From assembly GCA_965218425.1 (NCBI GenBank), contig OZ244621.1, forward strand, positions 2,048,001-2,112,000: DNA of 64,000 nucleotides, in the 5' to 3' direction. This stretch comes from an uncultured Candidatus Binatia bacterium (GTDB lineage Bacteria; Desulfobacterota; Binatia; UBA9968; CAXXLF01). Shown here piece by piece: positions 52,233-63,551 of this stretch. How positions within the stretch are numbered: the stretch's first letter is position 1; each line of letters starts with the position of its first letter. Both the position numbers and the translations under genes were made by a program. Under the pieces are notes generated by a model. It had not been told where the DNA came from and ran no database searches. It saw only the letters and a program-made list of their open reading frames with translations.

Positions 52233-52310
52233 GGTGAGTGTAGCTCAATAGGTTAGAGCACTGGACTGTGGCTCCAGGGGTTGAGGGTTCAAGTCCCTTC
52301 ACTCACCCCA
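52233..52310 (+). tRNA. tRNA-His(GTG)
   Basis: G-1; anticodon arm CTGGA-CTGTGGC-TCCAG; GTTCAAGT; CCA end. Confidence 0.97.
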
Positions 52311-52338
52311 ATTTTTACCGTTCACCGCAGACGGGTGA

Positions 52339-53316
52339 CCGCGGTGGCTCGCCGGCGTGGCGGTTTCTCGCAACGTGGGCGACGGCTCGTACCGCATAGC
52401 CAAGGACATGTCGAGCAGGCTTGAGGGCTCGCTGACGAGCGTGCACCCTTATCTGCGCCTGTCGGCGAACGAACGTCTGTCGTTGTGGGGCCTGTTCGGC
52501 CATGGGCAGGGCGAGTTGACGCTGGCCGCGGACCGGACCGGGGACGATATAAAGACCGACATCAAGATGACCATGGGGGCCTTGGGAGCGCGTGGCGTAC
52601 TTGTGTCGGCGAAAGAGACGGGGGGCTTCAAGGTCGCGGTGCGTGCGGACGCGCTGTTGGTGCGGATGAAGTCGGGCGCGACGCGGGACATACTGGCGGC
52701 GGAGACGGAGACGAACCGGCTGCGGCTGGCGCTGGAGGGCTCACGGGCGTTCGAGCTGACCTCGGGCGGGGCGGTGCTGACGCCGTTGCTGGAGGTTGGC
52801 CTGCGCCATGACGGGGGCGACGCGGAGACGGGGACCGGTGTGGAGCTGGGCGGGCGTGTCCGCTATGCCGACCCGGCGTGGGGCCTGACGATGGAGGCGC
52901 AGGTCCCCGGTCTGATCGCCCATAAGGACAGCGGCTACGAGGAATGGCGCGCAGGCGGCTCGATCCGTCTCTCTCCGCGGTCCGACGGGCAAGGCCTGTC
53001 GTTCAGCCTGCTGCCTTCCTATGGCGCGGCCGGCAACGGCGCCGAGCGGCTGTGGGAGCAGGGCATAGCGGCGAACGACCATACGCCGTCGGCCCGCCTT
53101 GAGGCGGAACTCGGCTACGGCCTGCCGGCGCTCGACGGCCTGCTGACGCCCTATGGCGGGCTCGGGCTATCGGAGGGCGGCGACAAGAGCTACCGCGCAG
53201 GCGGTCGCTTCGTGCTCGGCCAGATGCTGGAACTCAGCCTCGAAGGCAACCGCCGCGAGGGCGCGGCTCGCGCTCCCGAGCACGGCCTCGCCCTGCGCGC
53301 GGGTGTGCGCTGGTAG
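52339..53316 (+). pseudogene. Autotransporter-type beta-barrel fragment, 5'-truncated
   Basis: Amphipathic beta-strand pattern ending LRAGVRW; GLRHDGGDAETGTGVELGG; in-frame TGA at 52336; no signal peptide or passenger; GC-rich. Confidence 0.75.
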
Positions 53317-53679
53317 GCGCACGCCCCGGCCGCAAGCATCCGGGCCTTGGGCGCACGGGCGTCTCGCCGCGTGCCCGGTCTGTTTCACGGCGGGGGGCGC
53401 GCCCTTGTTCACGGCCCGGGTGATCTGCATCGGGCTGTGGTGGGAAGGCTTCGGTACCTGCAAAACAGTCCCGAGATGGTTCGCTCGTTGTTTCCGGCGC
53501 CCGATACCTGCTTACCCCTAAGCCGCATAGTCCCTAAATTGCGGACTCCTTAGCAACACTGCCGCTTACTGCTCTGTACAGAACTGTGTCGGATTTTCGT
53601 TTCCATCGGTCTTTGAAAATCCTGACAGGCGTGCTAAAAAATTGGACTCGCAAACAAACTTGACCGTTGGACGCGTCAT

Positions 53680-53755
<76 letters not shown>

Positions 53756-53762
53756 AATTTCC

Positions 53763-53786
53763 AGCCGCCAGCTTTGGCGGTCTTTT
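53763..53786 (+). terminator. Intrinsic terminator after tRNA-Lys
   Basis: GCCGCCA-GCTT-TGGCGGT followed by CTTTT. Confidence 0.55.
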
Positions 53787-54658
53787 AGTTAACGCGAGCC
53801 CCCGTGGATTGCCTTTTCGGGGACTTGTCCTATCTGGCGCTTCTTCAAGCACTTGCGCCGCTCCACACATAATCCCCGATTCTCTGTCTCGAAAATAAGC
53901 TTCTGGAGTGCACTTGCAACCGGGGGGGTGCGCACTGATATCTAAAATATCATTTACTGATTCTCCTATCCTCCTTTTTTCGAGCCGCCTTGTTTAACAC
54001 CCCGGTTGCATACGGTCACCCGAAATCGCTATCCCCCAGTAAACAACGATGGTGACCGAAGTCTCGATACCAGAAGGCGGCCAGCTCCAGTGGGAGGGGC
54101 TTCGGTCCTTTATATCATCATGACCGTCCCCTCCTGGGGCGTCTGAGATGCAGGTTGGCCGGGGCGACTTAGGCGACTGCCTAACTAACCCCCAGGGAAG
54201 GATTGACGAACACAGGATCCAGCTTCAGATCCTCAGTTTTTCGTTCCCCAATCCCGGACAGGACGTCTTCATTAAATGTCTATTATTACCAAAATGGCTT
54301 GTGGTGCTCTCGTAGTGGGCTGTAGCGGCGTTTCTCCAGTAACAAGAGGAAGTCCGTCATAATCGCCCAATGCTCGTTGATGAGAGACTCAGGTTCGCGT
54401 ATGCTATCGTAGTTGAGAATCGTGCGGGCACCGACACAAGCGGAACGCTTCCCCGCATGCGGCGTACTGCTCAGGGTGTGCGAGACCCGGGGCTAACCAC
54501 ACGCTGCAGGACTCCTCCCCCGCGCTGGCACCTGGGCGGTCCGGAAATCACCGGGCTACCTTCCAGCAACAGAGACCGCATCGACCGGGGCCGCTGTGGC
54601 ACCACGGACGGAGCCGGACACGGTTAGTTAGTCGTTGGCGATGGAGGACGATGAGGCT

Positions 54659-56776
54659 ATGGCAATGAATACAGTCGATGAATCCGGCATTCTGGATCAT
54701 CTCGTAAAGGATGCGGGAAACTCCAAGGACATGAAAACGTCCTTTCGCGAGCGCTCGACAAGAGTCGGGGCGGTCTACACGATGACTTACAACCGAGCAA
54801 CGGTCGCCATCTACGACTTCGACCGCGAAAAGGCAGGCGGACTCCCCAAAGGCGGCTTTCTCATGGCTGCCAAACAGAGAGGGGATGAGAGCTTCATCTT
54901 GCTTCGGATTCTGAAGGAGGCTAGGCTCCCGAACACGACGGCCAACGATCAGACCCGCCAGCAAAGCGTTGAAAGCACCGCGAACGAGAGGCCGTGGCCA
55001 GAGGCATTGGACCCTTGGATGAAAGATCGGATGTCCATTCATGGAATCGAATGCCGCCTGCTCGGTACTTTCACTGCGGCGGAGGGCAGAGGGTACCAGT
55101 ATGCAGAAGACACTGACAACTACTTTGCTGTGAACGACTTGATGGTGTGGAAACCAGACCAGAAAACCCTTGACACGATCGTCAATTACCGGCATCGGCG
55201 AAATCCAATTTCAATGGGTGACAATCGCAGAAAGATCGGTCAAACCCGATTCGCGGCTGCCGAGAAGGACACTGCAACCAAGGCAGAGATGTGCCTGGAT
55301 CCGACAGACCTGCTCCAACGCCGGACCGTCTATCTGGGCATGTCGCGATCCGGGAAGTCGAACGCCATGAAGGTAACCGCGGAAGCGATCTATCAGCTCC
55401 GCGAGGCAAATCCGGAGAACAAAATTGGACAGTTGATCTTCGACCCCAACGGGGAGTATGCGCAGGACAATCTGCAAGACGGTCCAGGACTCCACAATAT
55501 CCACAAAGCCATCAACCGGCAAAGGAAAACCGAAGTTGAGACGTATGGACTTTTCCAGACGCCTTCGGATCCGGATCGGAAGATCATGAAGATCAACTTC
55601 TTCGGTGATCCTATTCCTCAGCAGTGGACGACTGCAGGGGTAAAAGCCGCACTCGATCAGATGCTCGCAGGCCGCGAGATCATCCAGGAGATAATGGCAG
55701 ACGAGAGCGCCCGGTACACGACCGCGTTCCGCGAAGTGGATCTCTCCGTCCCACCAACAGCTGACGCGGATCTGGGCGCCCAAATCCGGTACCGGAGGGC
55801 CGTGCTCGTGCATCAGACGGCGCTGGCCGCTGCGGGACTGGATCCACCACAATGGTTTCCGTCCATCAGCGGGCTCTTCAACAAGGATTTAATCTCAGCC
55901 ATGAAGGGAGCTCAGAACCAAGATAGCGATCACAGCGTCAAATACGACCAAGCTTCAACGATCTTGGAGTCGGCAGGAAAGAAAAATGGCCAAGTATCTT
56001 GGAATCAGTTGGAGACAATTTTCAGTGCGCTCAACCAGTTCATCAGTGACAAGCAGAGCTACTACGTGCGCTTTGAGACCGATTACATTCACAAATCGAA
56101 GAGCGGGGATAATTGGGCCGATCCGAAATTCAAGAATCTCCTTCGCATTTTCGAGACTCAGAATGGTCCTCGTTCCTTTCAGCGGGCTTATGAGCAACAT
56201 GACCCAAACGCTGCCAGAGATTTCGCGAATGATGTAGTCGAAGACCTACAGCACGGGAAGCTCGTAATCGTCGACCAGTCCACCGGGGACCCGGAGCAAA
56301 ACCGAAAGGCGGCAGAACGCATTATGTGGAGAGTGTTCCGCGCGCAACAGGAAGCCTTCAGAAATGCCGCGGGCACTGGGGACCTGAACGCAAACAAAGG
56401 CCACATCCTGGTCTATGTCGAAGAAGCGCACAACCTGCTTCCCCGGGCAAACGCCGCCGACAACCTGCGAACGGTGTGGGCGCGTTCGGCCAAGGAGGGT
56501 AGCAAGATGAACATCGGAATGGTGCTTGCTACACAGGCGCCAAGCTCAATCATGCCCGAGATTCTCAGCGAAACGGACAACTGGATTCTCGCTTACCTGA
56601 ACTCGGAGAACGAGCGCAGAGTGATTTCTGGATACATGGATTTTGAAGATTTTCTGGAACAAATCGGACAAGTTAGTGAGCCCGGTTTCGTGCGAATGCG
56701 CACGTTATCCCTCGCATATACCGTGCCTGTTCAATTTGACCGGTTTCGCCTGGACATTCCGGGTGTACAGGACTGA
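54659..56776 (+). CDS. HerA/DUF87-family ATPase with N-terminal HAS-barrel-like domain
   Basis: Walker A GMSRSGKS, IFDPNGEY, Walker B YVEEAHNL, AKEG, LATQAPS; start uncertain (54635-54665). Confidence 0.85.
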   Translation: MAMNTVDESGILDHLVKDAGNSKDMKTSFRERSTRVGAVYTMTYNRATVAIYDFDREKAGGLPKGGFLMAAKQRGDESFILLRILKEARLPNTTANDQTRQQSVESTANERPWPEALDPWMKDRMSIHGIECRLLGTFTAAEGRGYQYAEDTDNYFAVNDLMVWKPDQKTLDTIVNYRHRRNPISMGDNRRKIGQTRFAAAEKDTATKAEMCLDPTDLLQRRTVYLGMSRSGKSNAMKVTAEAIYQLREANPENKIGQLIFDPNGEYAQDNLQDGPGLHNIHKAINRQRKTEVETYGLFQTPSDPDRKIMKINFFGDPIPQQWTTAGVKAALDQMLAGREIIQEIMADESARYTTAFREVDLSVPPTADADLGAQIRYRRAVLVHQTALAAAGLDPPQWFPSISGLFNKDLISAMKGAQNQDSDHSVKYDQASTILESAGKKNGQVSWNQLETIFSALNQFISDKQSYYVRFETDYIHKSKSGDNWADPKFKNLLRIFETQNGPRSFQRAYEQHDPNAARDFANDVVEDLQHGKLVIVDQSTGDPEQNRKAAERIMWRVFRAQQEAFRNAAGTGDLNANKGHILVYVEEAHNLLPRANAADNLRTVWARSAKEGSKMNIGMVLATQAPSSIMPEILSETDNWILAYLNSENERRVISGYMDFEDFLEQIGQVSEPGFVRMRTLSLAYTVPVQFDRFRLDIPGVQD

Positions 56777-56781
56777 ACGCG

Positions 56782-58089
56782 ATGCCGTACGAGGATGAGC
56801 GGGCGGGTCTAGCGGCAATTCGGGCCATCGCCCAAAGTGGGGTAGTCGACGAGTTTCGTACCCGGATGGCTGAGCGCCATGACGGTACTTTGCCCGAGTC
56901 TCCGCCATTCCAACTCTGTTCTAGTAGAAGAGCGAGGACGCATGTTCTGGCTATTGATGGTTCGAATCTCTATGAGCCAATCCCCGGCGCCTTGCCGTGC
57001 ACCGAAGCCGGGCTGGTTTCCTTGGGCGTTGTGATCATCGATACACAAAAGCTTAGGACTTTGGAACGACTTCCGAACAGCGGGGCCGCGGATCCGAGGG
57101 AGCTGCAGAGCACGGAGAAAGGGGAGACCTGGGGAACGATGCTGCCTGGGCAGAATGCCGCGAGACAAGACGGAACCGGTCCGAGAATGTGGTTCAGGGA
57201 GATCATCAATCACGAACTTGAAAGTGCCAATCTTGGCGGTGAGAGCTTCGCCGAGACGCTGCACGCGCTTCTCCGCAATAGCAGAGAGGTCACATGTCCA
57301 GACCCGGACTGCGGGTCCCGAGTTCGCCTCCCCGAACCGGAACAGTCGGGCTCCTGCCCGAAGTGCAAAGGTCCCGTGTGGCTCGCAGACGGGCTGCGAA
57401 TTCACGAGCAGTTCGTTGAGAATCATCCGGTGGGCGAATGCCATGCGCGCTTCCGGGACACCCTGGAACTCCTCGCTCTTGTAAACTCACTCCGCCATCT
57501 TGTTAAGACCGAGCAGGGGCGTCGCGCCATTGCCAATACGGCATTCGTTATGGATGGTCCGCTTGCCGCCTTTGGGACCATTGCAGTTCTTTCCAAGGCC
57601 GTCAGGGGAGAACTGCGGCGTGTTCAGGAGGCGCTGGATGTCCACTCGTGTAGATCGGACTTGCTGGTAATGTCCGGTATCAAGAGCGGGCCGTTTGTGG
57701 AGCATGCTGCAGAACTCGACCGGGCACCTGAGCCTGGCCGGAGAATCCCACCGAACCACGTGTGGCTTCCAGACAATGGCTACATCCGGTCCCACATCAT
57801 TGCTGGAGCTTCGGAACAGTCGAAGCCGTGGGGCGAGCTGACGTATTTTGGGCGTCCTGTCGTCTTCAAGACTGTCAACGGCCAGCGACTCGTTCTCAAT
57901 CTTGCGCAGCCTGAAGCCGAACCACCACTCACTGAGGCCTCGCGCCCCCGCGTACTGGACGATGCCATTGCGACGGCGGGATCACTTGGTGTCGGCGCGC
58001 ACCAATTCCTTCCGCTTCGTCGCGTTCACGCCCAGGCCGCCATTCCGTTACGAAGCGGTACCGACCTCATCAAGAGTCTCGCACCTTGA
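56782..58089 (+). CDS. NurA-like nuclease with zinc-ribbon insert
   Basis: VLAIDGS, FVMDGPL, GIKSG, C-terminal His (RRVHAQAAI); CPDPDC...CPKC; begins 5 nt after the ATPase stop. Confidence 0.75.
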   Translation: MPYEDERAGLAAIRAIAQSGVVDEFRTRMAERHDGTLPESPPFQLCSSRRARTHVLAIDGSNLYEPIPGALPCTEAGLVSLGVVIIDTQKLRTLERLPNSGAADPRELQSTEKGETWGTMLPGQNAARQDGTGPRMWFREIINHELESANLGGESFAETLHALLRNSREVTCPDPDCGSRVRLPEPEQSGSCPKCKGPVWLADGLRIHEQFVENHPVGECHARFRDTLELLALVNSLRHLVKTEQGRRAIANTAFVMDGPLAAFGTIAVLSKAVRGELRRVQEALDVHSCRSDLLVMSGIKSGPFVEHAAELDRAPEPGRRIPPNHVWLPDNGYIRSHIIAGASEQSKPWGELTYFGRPVVFKTVNGQRLVLNLAQPEAEPPLTEASRPRVLDDAIATAGSLGVGAHQFLPLRRVHAQAAIPLRSGTDLIKSLAP

Positions 58090-59285
58090 CCCAGTCTCAG
58101 CGCATCGCAGAGTCGCGGGCCTCACCTTGGCCACGCGACACGGCAGCTCACCGATGGTATGGGTTCGGTCGCTACTACGCGATGTTTCCTCCCACATTCG
58201 CCTACGACGCGATCAGTGGTCTGACCCGATCCGGAGAGCCTGTTCTGGATCCATTCTGCGGGCGCGGGAACGGCCCTTTCACCGCAACCGTTTTGGAACG
58301 TCCCGCCCTGGGCATCGACGTCAATCCCGTGGCATGGCTCTTTACAGCCGTGAAGCTCGAGCCCGAAGCGAATCGAGACCGACTCCTGCGCCGCTTAAAA
58401 GAGGTCGCCCGCGCAACCCGGGCCCAGGACCGGCGCGGGCGGAGTCGTTTCGAAAGGATGGCATGGGCCCCTGATGTGCGGGCCTTCCTCAAGGCCGCCC
58501 GCCGTGAACTCGATTGGAGGCATTCAGTCACCGACCGCACGCTGATGGCCTTCATCGCGCTCCATATGCAGGACAAGCTTGGGGCCGGACTCTCAAATGG
58601 CCTCTGGCCAACTATCGCGTGCTCGCCCCGATATGCGGTTACCTGGTGGACCGAAAACGGTTTCCAGCGGCCTCCCAAAGTCGAGCCCGTGACTTTACTC
58701 GCGGACAAAATCATTCGTCGATACTGGTACGGGATACCGAAGCAAGCACCCGGATCGGTGGTGCTCTCCGACGCGCGCGACGCCCTACGGAGGAAATCTG
58801 CAATAAACGCAGGGCTTCTGATTACATCACCGCCTTACAATGGCGTTACTGACTACTGGAACGATCATTGGATTCGGCTATGGATCCTCGGGCACGACAT
58901 GCGAAAGGATTGGAAGCGTTCGTCGAGGCACGAGAACAAGGGGGACTACCAAAAGCTCATTCACAACGTTTTTCGGCAGGCGCTGCGACACCTCGCGAAC
59001 GACGCCGCTATTCTCGTACGAAGTGACCTGCGTCGGCAAACGGCACGGACTTGCCTAGAGGCCCTGCGGAAGACCTGGCCGCGCCGAAGACTGCTTTATC
59101 GGACCAGTGCGGCGCCTCATAAGGGGATCTCCATTTACCATGGGCGAGGAGGAAGCAGGGCGAGGGAATTCGATCTTCTGATTCCGGGCAAGCGGGGCGA
59201 AGCGTGGGGGGCAACCCACGGTTTCCAGCCATTCGAAGAGGAAGATCGTCAGGCCATGGATCTTGGTTACCCTTTACCGCCCTGA
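58086..59285 (+). CDS. Amino-DNA methyltransferase (SPPY, probably N4-cytosine; motif I before motif IV)
   Basis: YYAMFP, LDPFCGRG (motif I), GIDVNP, ITSPPY (motif IV); TTG start overlaps the nuclease stop. Confidence 0.85.
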   Translation: MTQSQRIAESRASPWPRDTAAHRWYGFGRYYAMFPPTFAYDAISGLTRSGEPVLDPFCGRGNGPFTATVLERPALGIDVNPVAWLFTAVKLEPEANRDRLLRRLKEVARATRAQDRRGRSRFERMAWAPDVRAFLKAARRELDWRHSVTDRTLMAFIALHMQDKLGAGLSNGLWPTIACSPRYAVTWWTENGFQRPPKVEPVTLLADKIIRRYWYGIPKQAPGSVVLSDARDALRRKSAINAGLLITSPPYNGVTDYWNDHWIRLWILGHDMRKDWKRSSRHENKGDYQKLIHNVFRQALRHLANDAAILVRSDLRRQTARTCLEALRKTWPRRRLLYRTSAAPHKGISIYHGRGGSRAREFDLLIPGKRGEAWGATHGFQPFEEEDRQAMDLGYPLPP

Positions 59286-59318
59286 TCCGGAGCATTGAAT
59301 CGACTGGCGCACTAAGGA

Positions 59319-59580
59319 GGTCAAGTCCCAGTTTCAGTTGAAACAGAGCACAGGCGGTTGAATGTGTCAGCTCGTCATGACGAGCTGTTTGATACTGGGC
59401 TTGGCTTGTATGGCTTGCCGGAGGGTCGGTTAGGTGGTGGTAGCCTTTGACCTGGCGCAGACGCGGTTCGATGTTGAGCAACGTCGTGGCTACCCCGGTG
59501 ACGCTGGGATGAGTTGGTCTAGCGCCGCACGTTATGCGTCAACTGCTGCAGGAGACTATTGATGTTCTCAGTTGGTACTG
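59319..59580 (-). mobile_element. IS256-family transposase 3' remnant with terminal repeat
   Basis: Frameshifted reading ENINSLLQQLTHNVRR*TNSSQRHR/VATTLLNIEPRLRQVKGYHHL/LRQAIQ, followed by TTTCAACTGAAACTGGGACTTGACC. Confidence 0.7.
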
Positions 59581-59631
59581 CGATAGGAATCTTCAGCATG
59601 GGCAGCGCGAGCCTTCATCGCTGGTGCCGCA

Positions 59632-59730
59632 GCTCCTCGACTTTGTGCGTGAACCCCTGCCGGCGCCATACGAGCGACGTCCCATCAGCAACGGGGTGAA
59701 CAGGTCGTTAACGACGACCCGGACATCCCA
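59632..59730 (+). pseudogene. Possible SRAP (SOS response-associated peptidase) C-terminal remnant
   Basis: LLDFVREPLPAPYERRPISNGVNR/VNDDPDI resembles the SRAP C-terminal PVS..VN...NDDP pattern. Confidence 0.35.
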
Positions 59731-60064
59731 GTCCCCATGTCTCAGCAGCGGCTGATTTGACCCTGAAAGGCGGAAGTCGTCTTGACGCCGCGTCTGCTTT
59801 TGCTGACATAAGTCAGAATAGGGGGAATTGGCCTCAGCTTTGCTTCCGTCGCGGCGGACCTGCCCGACTTTCCATAAGCCTTTCAAATACAAGACGTTAT
59901 TCTCTCGGGCATGACGGTGAGTGGTTATGAAGAGAGGTGCACATGGCCCACCAAACACCAGCCTGATGATTCCCGCACCCATTGCCTCTTCCCTGAAGGA
60001 ATCTTAAGTGTTCATAAGAGGATTATTGTAAGTCGGAAAGGAGCTCTCAAAAAACAGGCGGTTC

Positions 60065-60092
60065 TTGACATGGCTTCAGGTTGTTTCATACT
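60065..60092 (+). promoter_or_regulatory. Sigma70 promoter for tRNA-Leu/tig
   Basis: TTGACA-N16-CATACT. Confidence 0.55.
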
Positions 60093-60177
60093 GTCCTAAT
60101 CCTGGGCTTCGGTTAAGGATGAGTTTCTCAATCGTTCAGGAGGCGGACCCGCGAAGTTAGGTGACCCGAATGCGGAT

Positions 60178-60260
60178 GCGAGAGTGGCGGAATTGGCAGA
60201 CGCACTAGACTTAGGATCTAGCGGGTAACCGTGGGGGTTCGAATCCCCCCTCTCGCACCA
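60178..60260 (+). tRNA. tRNA-Leu(TAG)
   Basis: Anticodon arm CTAGA-CTTAGGA-TCTAG; variable arm; GTTCGAAT; CCA end. Confidence 0.97.
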
Positions 60261-60311
60261 TAGATCCTTCTCTCCTATTTTTAGGTCATTGGAAGCATCA
60301 GAGGATTTAAG

Positions 60312-61637
60312 ATGAAAGTTGACGTCGATATCCTTGGTCCCATTCAGCGGAAGATTCACATAGAGATCCCCGGTCAAGCGGTGCGCGACGAGTTTTCCCG
60401 CGTCTACGGGGCCCTCAGCCAGAGGGCCAAAATCAAGGGTTTCCGGCCGGGAAAGGTTCCACGAACGGTTCTTGAGGGGATCTATGGCGAGGAGGCAAAA
60501 AGCCAGACCCTTTCACGTCTTGTGGAGCAGTCGCTACGTGACGCCGTGAGGGAAAAAGGGTTGCACGTGGTCTCCCCACCCGAAGTGGAACCCGGCGAAT
60601 TGGTGGAGGGGAGTCCATTTACCTTTTCCGCCGTTGTGGAGATCAAGCCGGAAATCGAGCTCAAAGACTACCTTGGATTGGAAGTGGAACGGATAAAAAT
60701 GGCGGTGGAAGATAGTCGGGTGGATGAGGCTTTGAGCGGCTTCCAAGATGCTCATGCTCATCTGCAGCCCGTCGAAGATCGCGACGTTGTGGAACATGGG
60801 GACTGCGTGCTCCTGGATTTTTCCGGTGCGGTTGACGGGAAACCGTTCCCGGGAAGCCGGGGGGAAAACACGCTGCTTGAGGTGGATGGGCAAAGCGCGC
60901 CATCCCAGTTTGAACAGGCCATGATCGGCTTGAAAAAGGATATGGACCATAATATTAGTGTGACGTATCCCAAGGATCATGGAAATCCAGAGTTGGCGGG
61001 AAAAGCGGTTGACTTTCGCGTGCGCATTAAAGATATTAAGAAAAAAATATTGCCGCCGCTCGACGATGACTTCGCCAAAGACTATGGCGAATGCGCGTCC
61101 CTTGCCGAGTTAAAAGACAAAGTGAGGGCTCGCCTGGAGTCGGAACTCAGAGAGATTCAAAATAGAGAGTTGAAGGAACAACTGCTCACCCGGTTAATCG
61201 ACACGCATCCCTTTGAAGTTCCAACCGCCATGGTGGATCAACAGCTTCGATATCTCATGGAACGGCGCCAACGCCGGGTCGAGTCAGGCGGATCCACCGA
61301 CGCGGGACAGACACCCCCCACAGAGCAACTGCGTAAAGAGCTAACTCCCCAGGCCCAACGACAAGTCCAGGTCATGCTCCTGGTTGAAAAAGTCGCGGAA
61401 CGGGAAAAGATCGAAGTGCCCGATCAAGAGGTTCAGCAGAGAATTGACGAGGTGGTGCGCTCAGTGAAGGACCGGGGAACTGTGGTGCGAGACTTCTATC
61501 GGCGAACCGAGGCCCGGGACGAGCTGCGCTCTCAAATGGTCTTCGATAAGACTCTGAATTTCTTATTAGAAAAGGCCAAGGTGGAAGAAACGGAGCTTTC
61601 CGAAACAAAGGTTGATGAGGGCCGTAAAAAAGGATAA
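60312..61637 (+). CDS. tig: Trigger factor
   Basis: GFRPGKVP signature, FKBP-like domain, LDDDFAK; upstream of clpP. Confidence 0.95.
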   Translation: MKVDVDILGPIQRKIHIEIPGQAVRDEFSRVYGALSQRAKIKGFRPGKVPRTVLEGIYGEEAKSQTLSRLVEQSLRDAVREKGLHVVSPPEVEPGELVEGSPFTFSAVVEIKPEIELKDYLGLEVERIKMAVEDSRVDEALSGFQDAHAHLQPVEDRDVVEHGDCVLLDFSGAVDGKPFPGSRGENTLLEVDGQSAPSQFEQAMIGLKKDMDHNISVTYPKDHGNPELAGKAVDFRVRIKDIKKKILPPLDDDFAKDYGECASLAELKDKVRARLESELREIQNRELKEQLLTRLIDTHPFEVPTAMVDQQLRYLMERRQRRVESGGSTDAGQTPPTEQLRKELTPQAQRQVQVMLLVEKVAEREKIEVPDQEVQQRIDEVVRSVKDRGTVVRDFYRRTEARDELRSQMVFDKTLNFLLEKAKVEETELSETKVDEGRKKG

Positions 61638-61670
61638 AATAACTTCCGCATCAAGAGGAAAGTTTGAATT

Positions 61671-62273
61671 ATGAATTTCATCCCAATCGTGGTCGAGCAA
61701 ACAGGACGGGGAGAACGAGCCTATGATATCTATTCTCGCCTGCTCAAGGATCGAATCGTTTTTCTGGGCAGCGTGGTGGATGATGACGTGGCCAACGTGG
61801 TCACGGCTCAGCTCCTTTTTCTGGAGTCCGAGGACCCGGAGCGGGATATTTATTTTTACATCAATTCGCCTGGGGGCTCCGTCACAGCGGGTCTGGCCAT
61901 CTACGATACCATGGAGTATGTTAAACCTCAGATATCCACGGTTTGTTTGGGCCAAGCGGCCAGCATGGGGGCGCTGCTTTTGGCCTGTGGCGCCAAGGGA
62001 AAGAGATACGCGTTGCCCCATTCTAGAATTATGATCCATCAGCCTCTGGGCGGCTTTCAAGGCTCTGCAACCGATGTGGATATTCAGGCGCGAGAAATTT
62101 TGAGAATGAGAGAAGAGCTCAATGCGATTTTGATGAAACATACGGGTCAGACTCTCAAAAAAATCGAAAAAGATACGGATCGAGACCTCTTTATGACGGG
62201 GAAGCAAGCTTTGGAATACGGGATCGTGGATGAAGTCATATCCAGTCGTTGGGACATAGATCAAAAGAAATAA
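61671..62273 (+). CDS. clpP: ATP-dependent Clp protease proteolytic subunit
   Basis: [29 protein letters not shown]. Confidence 0.98.
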   Translation: MNFIPIVVEQTGRGERAYDIYSRLLKDRIVFLGSVVDDDVANVVTAQLLFLESEDPERDIYFYINSPGGSVTAGLAIYDTMEYVKPQISTVCLGQAASMGALLLACGAKGKRYALPHSRIMIHQPLGGFQGSATDVDIQAREILRMREELNAILMKHTGQTLKKIEKDTDRDLFMTGKQALEYGIVDEVISSRWDIDQKK

Positions 62274-62285
62274 AGGAACTCTTCT

Positions 62286-63539
<1,254 letters not shown>

Positions 63540-63551
63540 GGGGGATGAGTT

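Noticed and set aside
51923..52302. Minus-strand ORFs over the tRNA cluster (also 60096..60377 and plus-strand 53695..53898)
   Set aside because: Spurious translations of tRNA genes.
54659..58089. Housekeeping HerA-NurA double-strand break repair interpretation
   Set aside because: Disfavoured, not excluded: no mre11/rad50, island location, coupled MTase, and AddAB already present.
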